NCBI GenBank assembly: GCA_001244265.2
Contig: CDLV01000016.1
Coordinates: 1-64,000, forward strand
DNA length: 64,000 nt
From: Microbotryum violaceum
Taxonomy: Eukaryota
Direction of reading: 5' to 3'
Below, piece by piece: positions 23,740 to 35,066 of this stretch. Every line of letters starts with the position of its first letter. Position 1 is the first letter of the stretch. A model generated the notes under the pieces. That model did not search any database. It was not told the DNA's origin and worked only from the letters and a program-made list of their open reading frames with translations. Both the position numbers and the translations under genes were made by a program.

Positions 23740-24494
23740 ATGTCACTTACGCTCCCACCTCGCCTCTGCATCCGCCAGCGTCCCCACGCTTTCAACTTTC
23801 CCAGCTCGAGCTCATGGCTTGGTGCTCTCGCCCGCTCGACCCGATGGCGGACGGTGTCGACCTCCTCAGCTCGGCGTCATGGCAGCAGCGCCCGGAGCTC
23901 AGTTGGGGCGCTCCCCTCCTCCCTCTCGACCGCACAAGACATGACCCACGCACGAGAATGGATCTCCCGTTTCTCCTCCGCGCCACTCTCCGCCTTCCCC
24001 AAAGGTAAACTTCAATCTGTGCCCCCCTCCCCCCTCTTTACTCACCCAACGTCGCCGCACCCCCCCCCCCCCCCCCAGACTCCCTCCTAATCAGTTTCTC
24101 ACGTTCGTCCGGCCCGGGCGGCCAAAACGTCAACAAGCTATCTACGAAAGCGCACCTCCGCCTCTGCCTATCCCCTCCTCCACCTTGGCTACCCTCTTAC
24201 CTCTTACCTACCCTACTCGATTCCCCCTCTTACGTTTCCACCACCCCGCCGGGCCTCTTGCTCTCCAGTTCGAATACGCGTTCACAAGCGCAGAACGTCG
24301 AATTGGGCATCAAGAGGATGAAAGATTTGATTCTAGAAGCTGCGCGAGTCGGTTTGAAGGGGGATACGTCCGAGGAACAGCAGGAAAGGGTCAAGGCTTT
24401 GGAGAGGAAAGAGAGGAGCAAGATGCTCAAGGTGAAGAAGCAGAGGAAGGATGTCAAGGGGGGCAGGAGGGCATTCAAGGCTGGGTTCGAGTGA
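23740..24494 (+). CDS. PTH4: Mitochondrial codon-independent peptidyl-tRNA hydrolase (ICT1/Pth4, RF-1 GGQ domain), 2 exons
   Basis: FSRSSGPGGQNVNKLSTKA, SSNTRSQAQNVE and a basic C-terminal tail (KMLKVKKQRKDVK); the N-terminus is presequence-like. Confidence 0.92.
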
Positions 24495-24729
24495 GCCAAG
24501 GTCAGAGTGGGGAATGAGCGTCGTGTGACTAGTGTCTGTAGAATGTGCTCGTATCGACCGAGACGGATTGGATTTTGCAAGCTCGGTGATGGCGAGTCGA
24601 GCTCCACTCGGGGCATGTCACGTGACCCTCCCTCTTCGCACCTGCTGCGCTGCCGATCCGCTCGAGCCGTTCTCTCTCATCTTTGCTCCACATTGAACCC
24701 CCACTTTGGCCCACTCCGCACGGCGCAGC

Positions 24730-25746
24730 ATGTTCAAACATACCCTGCAAGTAGGTACACGATCTCGAGCCTCTGTGAGATCATTCTCACTGACCCGTCC
24801 TGCTCCTGCTCCTCTGACAGCCCCCCGTAATCTCACTCTTCTCCTCGTCGTCATCGCACCCTCTCGTGCTCTCGTCCGCAGCCTCAACCTCCGCGTCCTT
24901 TGCCGAGGACTCGTGGATCTCTCTCGTGGACGATGCGACCGATCAGCTCATACCCTCCCAACCTTTTCCATCTTCCTCTTCTGCAACCACAACCACAACC
25001 ACACTTGGCACCCCCTCGCAATCCACCATGAAAGTCGGCTCCCCCACCACACCCTCACCCACCTCTACCTCCACATTCCCCACTACAAGCTCCTCAAAAG
25101 GTTCCATCTCCGGCCCCGTCCTGCACCTCCAATCACCCGACATCAAGACCACCTTTATACGCTTCGGCGACTCTCCCTCAAACACAGGAGCCTCCTCCTC
25201 CTCCTCGTCCGGCTTGGCCATCAACGCCCCCTACCTGCACCTGTTCCTCAAACCTCTAGGTCAAGGGACGAACTTTTACCTCGACGTTTTGGTCACGGAC
25301 GAACGAGGGAACTCTTACGTGATTCGCGCATCGACGTTCCAAGTAAGTTCCTCCTCGCCTTGAAAATTCCTCCTGCCCAACGCCCAACGCCCGACTAAAC
25401 CCCCCTTCCTCCGCAGACGACACCAACCTACACCCCCTCCTCCCCAACACACCCTCACCCTTCCCTTCTGCACCTCCCCCTCTCCTTCCCCCCTCCAACA
25501 GCCCACTCCCTAACCCCCTGGCTCCTCCTCTCTCTCCCCCTTCCCGACCACCTAAATTCCCTCCCCGACCTCGGAGGACCCTCCCCACCCCCGCGCTACA
25601 AAGCGCTACAAAGTATCGAGGTCCACGCGAATTGTCGTTTGAAAAGGGTTTGGTGTACGGAAGAGAGAGGGGGCGGAGTAGTTCAAGAGGGTATGGCGTT
25701 GAGAGGGATGATGACAGAGTTGTGTTTGTTTGAGGCCGAGCCTTGA
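24730..25746 (+). CDS. CFAP20: CFAP20/BUG22 (DUF667/CFA20 domain) homolog, 3 exons
   Basis: MFKHTLQ|PPVISLFSS..HPL, VLHLQSPDIKTTFI, GLAINAPYLHLFLK, FYLDVLVTDERG..IRASTFQ and IEVHANCRLKRVW are colinear with CFAP20 MFKNTFQ...LGIKLPFL...FRASNYQ...IHANCRIRRVY. Confidence 0.85.
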
Positions 25747-25857
25747 AAAAGGCTCGGAATTTCCTTGGTTTTGTTTTTTTCCGATCGAAAAGGGCTTTTG
25801 TAGTAGATTTGTTGTAACAACATTTCTTTTTGCAGATCATGTACACGCGCTAGAAAT

Positions 25858-27914
25858 TCAAGACGACAACTCGACATACGCCTCGACGACCTTCTTCGGT
25901 CGTCCCCTCTTTTTCGGCGTCGACGCGCTCGGTTCCTTCGCCACTTTCGCCTTTGTCACCTTGACCTTTGCCACCTTCTTCGTCGGCCCCTCTTTTCCTT
26001 TCCCCTTCCCCTTCCCCTTTCCCCTCCCCTTCTTTACTTCCACTAGCAATTCCTCCCCCTCCTCCTCACTCGCACTTTCATCACTCCCCCTCTCCAACTC
26101 TCCATCCGCCTCCACCGAAATCGCCAAGCTCCTCTCCACCTCATCCTCCTCATCCTCATCCCCTTCCTCCTCACTCTCACTTGCACTCACAAACTCGATC
26201 CTTTCCTCAGCCCCACCCTCACTCCCACTCTGCTCCACCTCCACCTTTCCCTTCCCCCTCCCCATTTTCTTCTTCCTCCCTTTCTTACCCCCCTCCAACA
26301 CCAACCTCTCCCTCTCCCTCTCTTCTTTCTTCCTCCTCCTCTCCTCCGCCCTCTTCATCTTCTCCCTCTTACCCAATTCCTCATCCAAGCGTCTATAACT
26401 ACCCCTAACCAATTCACCCCAATGTAAATCCGCCAAACACGAAGGGCACCTCCCTTTTCCCGGAAGGAGGGGGGGTTGATCCTCCTTTTCTACAGAGCCG
26501 GTAAAGTGGTGCGCGAGACATGAAAGGTGATAAAGTGCGTTACAGGTGTTGGTGTTGGAGGTGACCATCATTGAAGTAGAGTTGGGTTTTTCTGAAGTGC
26601 ACAATAAGAATTCGAGATGATCCTTGCGGAAAAAAAAATCCGACGAAGGGTCGGGTTAGCAACTAACTTACTTAACCCCCCCCCCCCCCCTTCCGAGATG
26701 GGAAGGTCGGCACCCACCTCGATGTTGACGGGTCGATGACAGATCGCACAATCATTACTCGATGCCGAACCAACGCGTTCGATCCATTTAGCCCAATGAG
26801 CATCGATCATCTCACCTGCGCAAAAAGAAAGGATCCGATGCCCAACTCAGTCCCCCCTCCTGACCCTCTCACAGCGAAACCTCCCTAGCAAGACGTACCA
26901 TCATCGGTCCTAAACTTCTCCCCCCATCATTTTGCCCCTGCACTCCCTCAAACCAATCCATAACTTTCACCCCCTCCAAAAACCTCCCCCTCTGCTCACC
27001 CCAAGGACTCGGACTCTCAACCCCCTCTCGTCCCTTCTCAAACCTCTTCATCCCCGCCTCAGTCCTAACGACCACACCCAACCCCAAAGCGCGTTCCCAC
27101 CAACTTTTAGAAATTTCTTCAAAACAAACCACACTCAAATCAAAAGCTTTCCAAGGTCGACTAGTTAACATGAACATGAGTACTTGAACTTTAGTTAATC
27201 CTCTATTCGAAAGAATCGTTTTAGGGAATTGTGGAATCGGGTTCGTAAGAATAGGTTCGGTGAAATCGTTCGAGGTCGAGGTTGAACGATATCGTTCCTT
27301 CTTCTTCTTCTTCTTCAACTTGGGCGACGGCACTTGTTCGACTTGTTCTTGATCAACGATGACTTTGACCGAAGAAGAAGCAGAAGACGACGACGACGAC
27401 GACGACGAAGGAATTGAAAAGTTTTGTTCGTGTAGATGTCTTGAAAGATGAGGGTTCTGCCAAGCCCATTCGAACTGTAAAGCTTGTAACTTGCTCGGGA
27501 AACCATGTACCAATAAAGACATTGTCCAAGGTCTAAACCTTTTCGTCTTGAACGCACCCTGCCAAACAACCCGCACATACAACCCAAGCTCATCAATCAT
27601 GAATCGAACCCATACATGCAGCCACCGTTCCACCGCAACGTTGAAACTCACACCTTTAACGAGTCCATTATGTTGCTTCAACCTCCTCTTCGGGTCCGGT
27701 GTTGAACCTATATAAGTTCTATTAGGTTGCTTCAACGACCTTAGCAGATAACATGCGTAAAAAGGTGGTATCGTATGATTCAAAACGGTCGAAGTTCGAT
27801 GAGCAGCAGCAGCAGCAGCAGCAGCAGCAGTGGTAGCGGAGGAGGTTTGGGCGGCGGCGGCGGCGGCAAGTTGGGCTGCTTGAGCGAGCTTGGTTGAAGT
27901 GGTTGCGAGTGCAT
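25858..27914 (-). CDS. SLX1: Structure-specific endonuclease subunit Slx1 (GIY-YIG plus C-terminal zinc finger), spliced; start uncertain
   Basis: [28 protein letters not shown]..|[34 protein letters not shown]-terminal CAIC...C..C..HLSCLA...CPSC...W.ELVR; acidic/basic tail with an AT-hook-like KKRGRPKK. Confidence 0.93.
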
Positions 27915-28947
27915 GTGGGGTGGGGGACGTCGTGGTTGAAGAAGAGGAGGGGGAGGGACGAGCAAGTGGGAGGTGGGTGGGCTTATTCGTGCGTGGGGTT
28001 ACAGGTCGAAAGTCAAACAGGCTCTCGTGTCCAACTTGAAGCGACGCGCGGATCGACTCACCCTTTCGCTTTCCAATTTCGCTACGAATAAGACTAATAG
28101 CTAGTCCACGCCGAAGCGAACGTACATCACGTGATGCAGCCGCCGGATCGAATATTTCAAGCGCTGTGCAAGCGGCAATAACAAGCTGCAATACATACCA
28201 ACCGAGGAGTTTCTGGATCAGTCGTATGGAATAAGTGATCATCGATTTTTTGCGCAAGACCTGTGATCCAAAGTCTACCAAAACAGGGGTAAGGGAACCT
28301 CAGGAAAGAATTCATCAATCGGGCTCCCGCAAACGTGTACTGATATCGTCCCCGATCGCCCCTTACAGTGGGCGTCCGATAAGCACTACGTGCCCCCGCA
28401 CAGCTGGAGAGGATCAGACTGCCTCGCACCGCCTCTGAGTCTCTGACCTGCGCGCTGACGAGAAGCATGGACATTACAGCGCTCAAATTGGAGGGCACCA
28501 CCGTAGCAGGGTCGGTGCAAACTGAGCAACCAAGATCACGTGATTGGATCTTTTTCGGGAGCCGGCGCGGCGTGATTGTGGTAGAACCAGTCTAGGAGAC
28601 GGAAGATGAGGCACAGACTTGATGTATAATCTGTAGATTAGATTGAGCCTTATTTTACACCGGGTCTTGATTGTCCATCTGCAGGTATGATACTCGGTGC
28701 GCTCACTCAGGCTGCAGTGGCGATTGGCGATCGGCGGCTCGGCCGAATGGCACCGCTCGAGGGTGGCCGAAACGTCTGAGATTGACGATCGGCGTTTCGC
28801 AACGACGAAACGTGCGCGTTGACTCATCGCTCATTTCTCTCTGTCGGCGCCTTCCTCAACTCGCACCTTCTTCTGTCGTCGCTCGCGTTGTGGCACTCTC
28901 GAGTGGGATCAACACCGCCTTCTTCCTCGCCCCCTCTCCCCCCGACC

Positions 28948-30721
28948 ATGTCGTCCACGTCCACAATATCAGCGTCAACTTCGGTCCTTCCGCCCGCTGC
29001 TACGCCGATGCCGCCGTTGATTGCTCGTCGCTCGACCTTATCCCGACGACCTTCCTTACCCACTTCGATGCTGCCCACCCTCCCACGTTCCCTCGTAGGC
29101 CACTCCGAGTCTTTCCCCGCTTCCAAGCTGCTATCGCTCGTCGCGCATCTGCGGCTGTTGTACGCTACACCTCCGCCTCCGATCACTCGCTTGGTTCGAA
29201 GGACGCCCGATTCGGGCTATGCCTCACCCACCACCGCTTCGTCCGAGCACGAGCACGAGCACGCTCACGCCCACGCCGCGCACGCTTGCGACTCGGACCT
29301 CTCGGACGATGAAGACGTCGATGATCTAGGCAAAGACGATCAACTTGAACGCGGGTACGCGCGCTCGTTTCTTTCGAGCTTGATCAAGAAGAGCGACGAT
29401 TGGATTCGCGAGGCCGAAGTCCAAGCTGACGAGGAGGAAAAATCGGCGAGATGCAAGGTCATTGATGAGGCCGCCGCTTTGGTCGCTTACCTTGCCGAGA
29501 CGTCAGGTACGTATTTCGGTGGGAATTCAATCTCGTGGGAATTGGACCGAATGCTGACCCTATGACACACCCAACAGCTTCGGGCTCGATCCTCCGAGCC
29601 GTTCTACTCCCCACGAGCGCCCCCGACGCCCCTTCCCCCTCCGAGCCCCTAACAATAACTCTCAACGATGCGCTCCCCTCCTCCCTCGACCCCACTTCGG
29701 TAGGCCTCCAATCCTGGGGCTCCTCCATACTCCTAGCCCGAATGATCGCGTTGAACCCAACGTCCTTCGGTATCGCCCGAGGCGAAAATGAACGTACGCT
29801 CGAACTCGGCGCGGGCACGGGTTTACTCTCGCTGGTTTGGAAGGGTATGAGTGAGCGGTTGGATGTCGTTGGGGAGGAGGTGATTGCGACGGATTATCAT
29901 GAGGCCGTTCTGGAGAATTTGAGGAGGTGGGTGACGGGCGTGTTCGGCGCTTTTGAGGGGAAAATTGTCTGACATCTTCCTCTTCGATTCCTTCCCTCAG
30001 GAACGTCGCCTCCAACACCGCCGCCATCTCCCCTTCAAGTTCCCCTCTCAATTCCCCCCTCGTTCGACCCTCGGACTCGCACCCCGGGTCACCCCTCCTA
30101 TCCCCCACACCAAACTTCCCTTCCAACGTCCCCGTCGTAACAGCCTACAAACTCGACTGGTCCGCCGTACACTCATCCCTGCTGTTCTCCTCCACCACCA
30201 ACTCCCCCCTGCACCTGCACCCACCCTTCGACCGACCTTTCCACACCCTTCTAGCAGCGGACGTGATTTACGGACCCGAGCATGCGCTGTGGCTCAAGTC
30301 TTGCGTACAACAATTCCTGATCCGACCAAATCAGTATACGCCAAACCCGAGGAAAAGAAGAGTTGTGCAAACTCCAACTCCCTTCAGTCTCGATAGCGTC
30401 AAAGACGCCCTCGTCGGCGTCGAGGAGCTCGATAGTGTACGAACGACCGTACCCACCCCAACAACTTCGGATGCTCAATCCTCGTCCACCTCTGTTCCCT
30501 CCCCAGCCTTCCACCTGATCGTCCCCCTTCGTCCCCATCACGCTAAAGCCATTTCCTCCATAGCGACCGTATTCCCTCTAGCCTCCTCCCTACCACCTCG
30601 CACATCCCCCAATGATCCTTACCGCATAGCCATCAAGAGAATGACAGAGTTACAAAGGGTTAAAGGTATCGGAAGAGCGGATGAGGAGAGTTATCGCTTG
30701 TACGAGATTGGTTGGTGCTAG
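28948..30721 (+). CDS. SAM-dependent protein-lysine methyltransferase (Methyltransf_16, Efm2-like), spliced
   Basis: VGLQSWGSSILLA, LELGAGTGLLS (motif I), VIATDYH..VLENL, LDW, LAADVIY.PEHA and C-terminal YRLYEIGW. Confidence 0.88.
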
Positions 30722-31130
30722 ATCTCGATCGATTGGTAGGCAGGCCCCTTCGTGAGCTCTCTCGTTCGTTTGCTTGAAGACTAGAAAGTTTTTTCCAATT
30801 CCTCGTCAGTAGTAGTACCCCACCGCCCAAATTCAGTTGTTCTACCCGTTTTTTATTCCCAACTTGTAATGTCTGTAACCCCTTTGCTTTCTATCTTTCC
30901 AGAAAAAGTTCAGAGAGAACTTTGACCATCTGCATAATATTGCAACCCCCCCCCCCCCCCATCAACGCCATCTAAGGTGTCCGTCCTTCCTCTATCCCTC
31001 CTACGACCCTTCTCGAACCCCGTTCCCATCCGAAGAGCACCAAAACCAGAGACTTCCTCTCGAACCTTTTTTTGATGTATGTAGGTCCCCTTCGCCCCCA
31101 CTCACGTTTGTTTTATCCACCGTCCATCGT

Positions 31131-32376
31131 CTAAGCACGATCATAAGAAGCCCCACCCGCTTTCCTAAGTCTCGTCACAATAGGTCCCTAAGCTCAAACC
31201 CAACAAGAAAGACAAAATCGGCATCAGCGACCAACTCAAAACTCAAACTCAACAAATTCTCCAAACGAAAAGCGAAAAGCGAAAGTGGAAAAAAGGTAAA
31301 AAGGTAATAATAAAAAAGGTTAAAAAAGCGATCCTGGGTCGAAACTAACCTCATCCAAATCGTCCTCGTTCTCAGCTGGTACTTCGATACTAAAAGCGCG
31401 CAAGACCTTTTGTACTTCGGATTTATGTATCGAAATTTTGGCTTTACGCATCACTCGTACGCCGGAACCGACTGAACGAAAGTTGCAGGAAAACAAGGGG
31501 GAATCAGTCGCTTCGATCTTTGGGACCTCAAGCTTCAGTTTGGTACTGTGACTCGAAGGGGGGTTGGGACGTACTATAGGTGATGAAGATGAATTTATCC
31601 CTCGTTGATTCCTTGTCGTTCGAGTAAGTCTATAAATCACCCCCACAACAAAAACGAACATCGAACGAATCAAACCAGCAATTCTCCCAATCTCAAAAAA
31701 AAAAAAAAAAAAAAAAAAGCAGCACGACGTAAACTGACGATCCTCGCATAGGCGAAGCTAGCCCTCTCATCCGCGAACTTGGTCTTGAGTTCGTCCAAAC
31801 CCTTTTTCAAACACAAAACAAAAAAAAACACAGCATAAGCACTCGATCTCCCCCATCTTCCACGACCTTTCTTGATATTTAGAATAAGAACGAACGCCGG
31901 TACCTGTAGCAGTCAAGTTCAACTTGTCCGATTTGTCCCCTTCGTAATCTAGAAGCAACCAATTCGTTTCCGATTTATCTGTGACCCCACAAAAACGAGG
32001 AAATCAATATATTCTCTCAGATGACCCATTTTTTTCGCACTTGAATCGTCGCCGCGTATCCAAGCCTCGAGCCAGGGATCCCGGGTAGAGTGATCGCACG
32101 TCATCGTGTCCGTTGTTCGCGAGTGCGCCCGCAACCGACCCGAAATAGTGTTTCCATCTAAATGAAATTGACCCTCAAACCACTTTTTCTCAAAATACGC
32201 CCAAACTCGTACCATTTCGAACGTCCTCATAAGCAGCGGCGATATCAGGTGAAGAGACGTCGGCCTGTGGAGGTGGAGGTGGAGGTGGAGAGAAGTCGGT
32301 TTCAGTGTGTGTTGGCAAATCAATCAAACACAGTACGGTGTGATGTCGAATAGAGCGCAGGGTTAAAGCTGACCAT
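31131..32376 (-). CDS. Coactosin-like ADF-H actin-binding protein, 7 short exons (first coding exon is ATG only)
   Basis: Spliced product: M|ADVSSPDIAAAYEDVRN|DKSETNWLLLDYEGDKSDKLNLTATGTG|GLDELKTKFADERASFAYARI|TYSNDKESTRDKFIFITYI|GSGVRVMRKAKISIHKSEVQKVLRAFSIEVPAENEDDLDE|GPIVTRLRKAGGASYDRA*. Confidence 0.9.
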
Positions 32377-33502
32377 GCTTTGATGGGGGGGGATTGGTTG
32401 CGCGTGGAGGTGAAGGTGGTACAACAAGGGAGTGATGAGGAGGGGAGGAGGGGAGGAGGAGCTCGGTGCGGTGCCCAGTGGAGCTGAACACGGGCGCGTG
32501 AGGCCGTGAGGGAGGACCCCGAAAGCCCAGGCTAGAGTGGACAAATTTTTGGCCCTAGAAAAGCTAAAATCGCGATTTTTGGAGATGAGTTGTAGAGCAT
32601 TAACGCACCGCGGCGCGGCGACCAGTCCCTGAACCTCCCCTGCAATGCCCTGTATAAACTCACACTCACACAACTATGGCCCGAGGATAGGCACTACCTT
32701 CTACTTAGCCGCAGGCGAATAACCATCGCAAGACAAGGCTAGAGACTGTTAACGACAAATTAAATCCACCTTTCATTCAATTTCGACTGCATCTCATTCC
32801 AATCTTTCTTCTCTTGTCTATCCTCATTCAGACATATTTATTTTCGTTTTTGTTGTCTAAACAAGGTCCAAGAACGCTTTCTTTCCTCACCATTCGCTTG
32901 AGACCAATCAAGCATGAGCCTTCCCGGTCCTGCGGTAGGCGCCAGCCGCGCATTCCGAAGAGACTTCATGATCCTTGTTGGCAGCTGTCAGAGTCAAGAC
33001 CCAAACCAGGGAAGTAACAATGATAGAATAGAACCGAAGGGGATGGAAGATCTACCCAACCTTGTACCGCACAGGATTCAACGTCGATAGCACTTTGGGT
33101 GCGCGTGCGTGGAAGATCATGAAGATTGGGAAGCAAAGTACAAAGATAGAAGGCTGAAGGATAATTTAGTCAAGGTGTGGGAACACTATGGATCGAATAT
33201 TACAACTGAAGAAGAAAAGGAAAGAGAGAGAGAGAAAAGCTACGAAGAGAGACTAAAGACTCCGGCCACCGGATATTCTAGTTGCCGAGCCGGCACGGAC
33301 GTTCAGGGTTGGTTCGCACATTGCTCGCATCCGAAGAGGGAGCCGCAATGTCTGTCATCGTGTACACTACATTGCAGGGGCGCTCTCAACTCCAGCATAC
33401 GGAGATTGGGGGATGGGAACTCGGGCGCGCTCGGACCTCTTTAGATTCTGACTTAGATTACCCGAGGCAGCGACTAGCGCGGCTCTCCCTCTCTTTTCCC
33501 TT

Positions 33503-33825
33503 AACGTTCCCTATCCTCTTCTACTCGGCATCTTCGTTTGCTCATTGCGCTGCTCCTCTTAGGTTAGTGTAATACATTTCGAACGTTCCCTATCCTCTTC
33601 TACTCGGCATCTTCGTTTGCTCACTGCGCCGCTCCTCATAATGTCCTGTACAAGTGGTTCGCATCCGGAGAGGGAACCGGAGACGGTACCGTAATGTCGT
33701 TCGGATGCGAGATGGCACCCGGAGAGGGTACCGTGGTGTCTTCGGATACGAGGTAGCGTCCGAAGAGGGTACCGTGGTGTCTTCGGATACGAGGTAGCGT
33801 CCGAAGAGGGTACCGTGATGTCTTG
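33503..33825. repeat. Local direct duplication (~55 bp x2) and ~41-bp tandem repeat, probably TE-derived
   Basis: AACGTTCCCTATCCTCTTCTACTCGGCATCTTCGTTTGCTCA occurs at ~33503 and ~33582. GAGGGTACCGTGGTGTCTTCGGATACGAGGTAGCGTCCGAA is repeated from ~33724. Confidence 0.85.
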
Positions 33826-35066
33826 AGAGGGGGTTGCTTGGAGATCCTGACTATGACAGCGGCCTCTTTCGCCTGCGCGTGAGCCGGATTCTTGTTATTG
33901 TCAGTGACTGTTGAACGCCAAGTAACCAAATCCGTCAGCCGGTATGAAGGTTTAGTGGGGAATTGCGGGCTTGAACTCATTCTCATGACCATCGGTGCTC
34001 GACAAGTCAATATTCAGCTCGGCGTCCGAACGCTCGACAGGGGAGGCGATGATCCGCCTAGGACTGAATCGGACTGTCGGCGGGGGCGTGGTCTGTCGTG
34101 TCATCTGCCGCACATCAGGCAAGGAAACTACATCAGGCCCATGCAATATGCACCAAAGGTTTGCCGGAGGACCTGTCCCTCCAAGCGCGAGCCTCGACGG
34201 TGCAGACAACCGCACACCAATCACCTTCACCCAGGCGTGGGATATCCTTGTGCAAGTCGCGCAGGGTGCTCATCGACAGTCACGGGGAGTTTCGTGGGAT
34301 ATCCTTTGGCGTACTTGTAAAAAGCCCCTCTCGGACCTCCGCCTAAAATCGACTGTAATCGGGCAGGTCGAGAATGTTCTCCGGGTCCATGAGTGCAGTG
34401 GGAACAGGCGCAATCACCCCAGCCTCCAGCACCCGCTCGCCCCCCTGTGACTCCATCTTTAGTGAGCTGATGCTGTAACGTTTTTTACGTTCCATATGGA
34501 TTCCAGAGTACCAAAATGTAAGTTTCGCAGAAGGGTTTTATAAGGAACCCGTATTGGACACGGACTCATGTTATCCGTACGAGCGAGGGTCGCGCGTGTA
34601 GTGCATTCCCGCTTGGTCCGGTCCGTGGGCCGGCATAGGACCCGGAACAATCATTCGACCAAACGCTCGAACTCAGCGAAACGCTGTGCGCCACCGGCTG
34701 CGTTGAGCATGTGGATGAAAGTGTACGTTTGGCTCGGAGTGAGTAGAGTCGAGTCTGTTCGGGCTCGAGGTCTCAAGGTGTTTGTGCCCATGGCAAGAGG
34801 AGCTGACGTGTCACGTCGGTACCGACACGGCTACTTTGGCCAACACGATGCTGTCTTATCCACTCTCGGCGGCGCTGTTTCTCTTGTCGGAAAAGCTCAC
34901 CACCGCGCAAGCATCGCTGCGAAATGTTAGGGAGGATCTGTAATAATTGGTTGCGCAAACATATCGCGATCACAGAAAGTCAATGTGGCACCTGTTTACA
35001 ATTGGGACGTTAAACAGAGAGGAGGCTAGTGATCAAATCTGAGATTTGACGTCTATCTTGCAAAAG

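Noticed and set aside
25730..26408. Plus-strand 222-aa and 146-aa low-complexity ORFs
   Set aside because: Antisense shadows of the purine-rich SLX1 3' exon.
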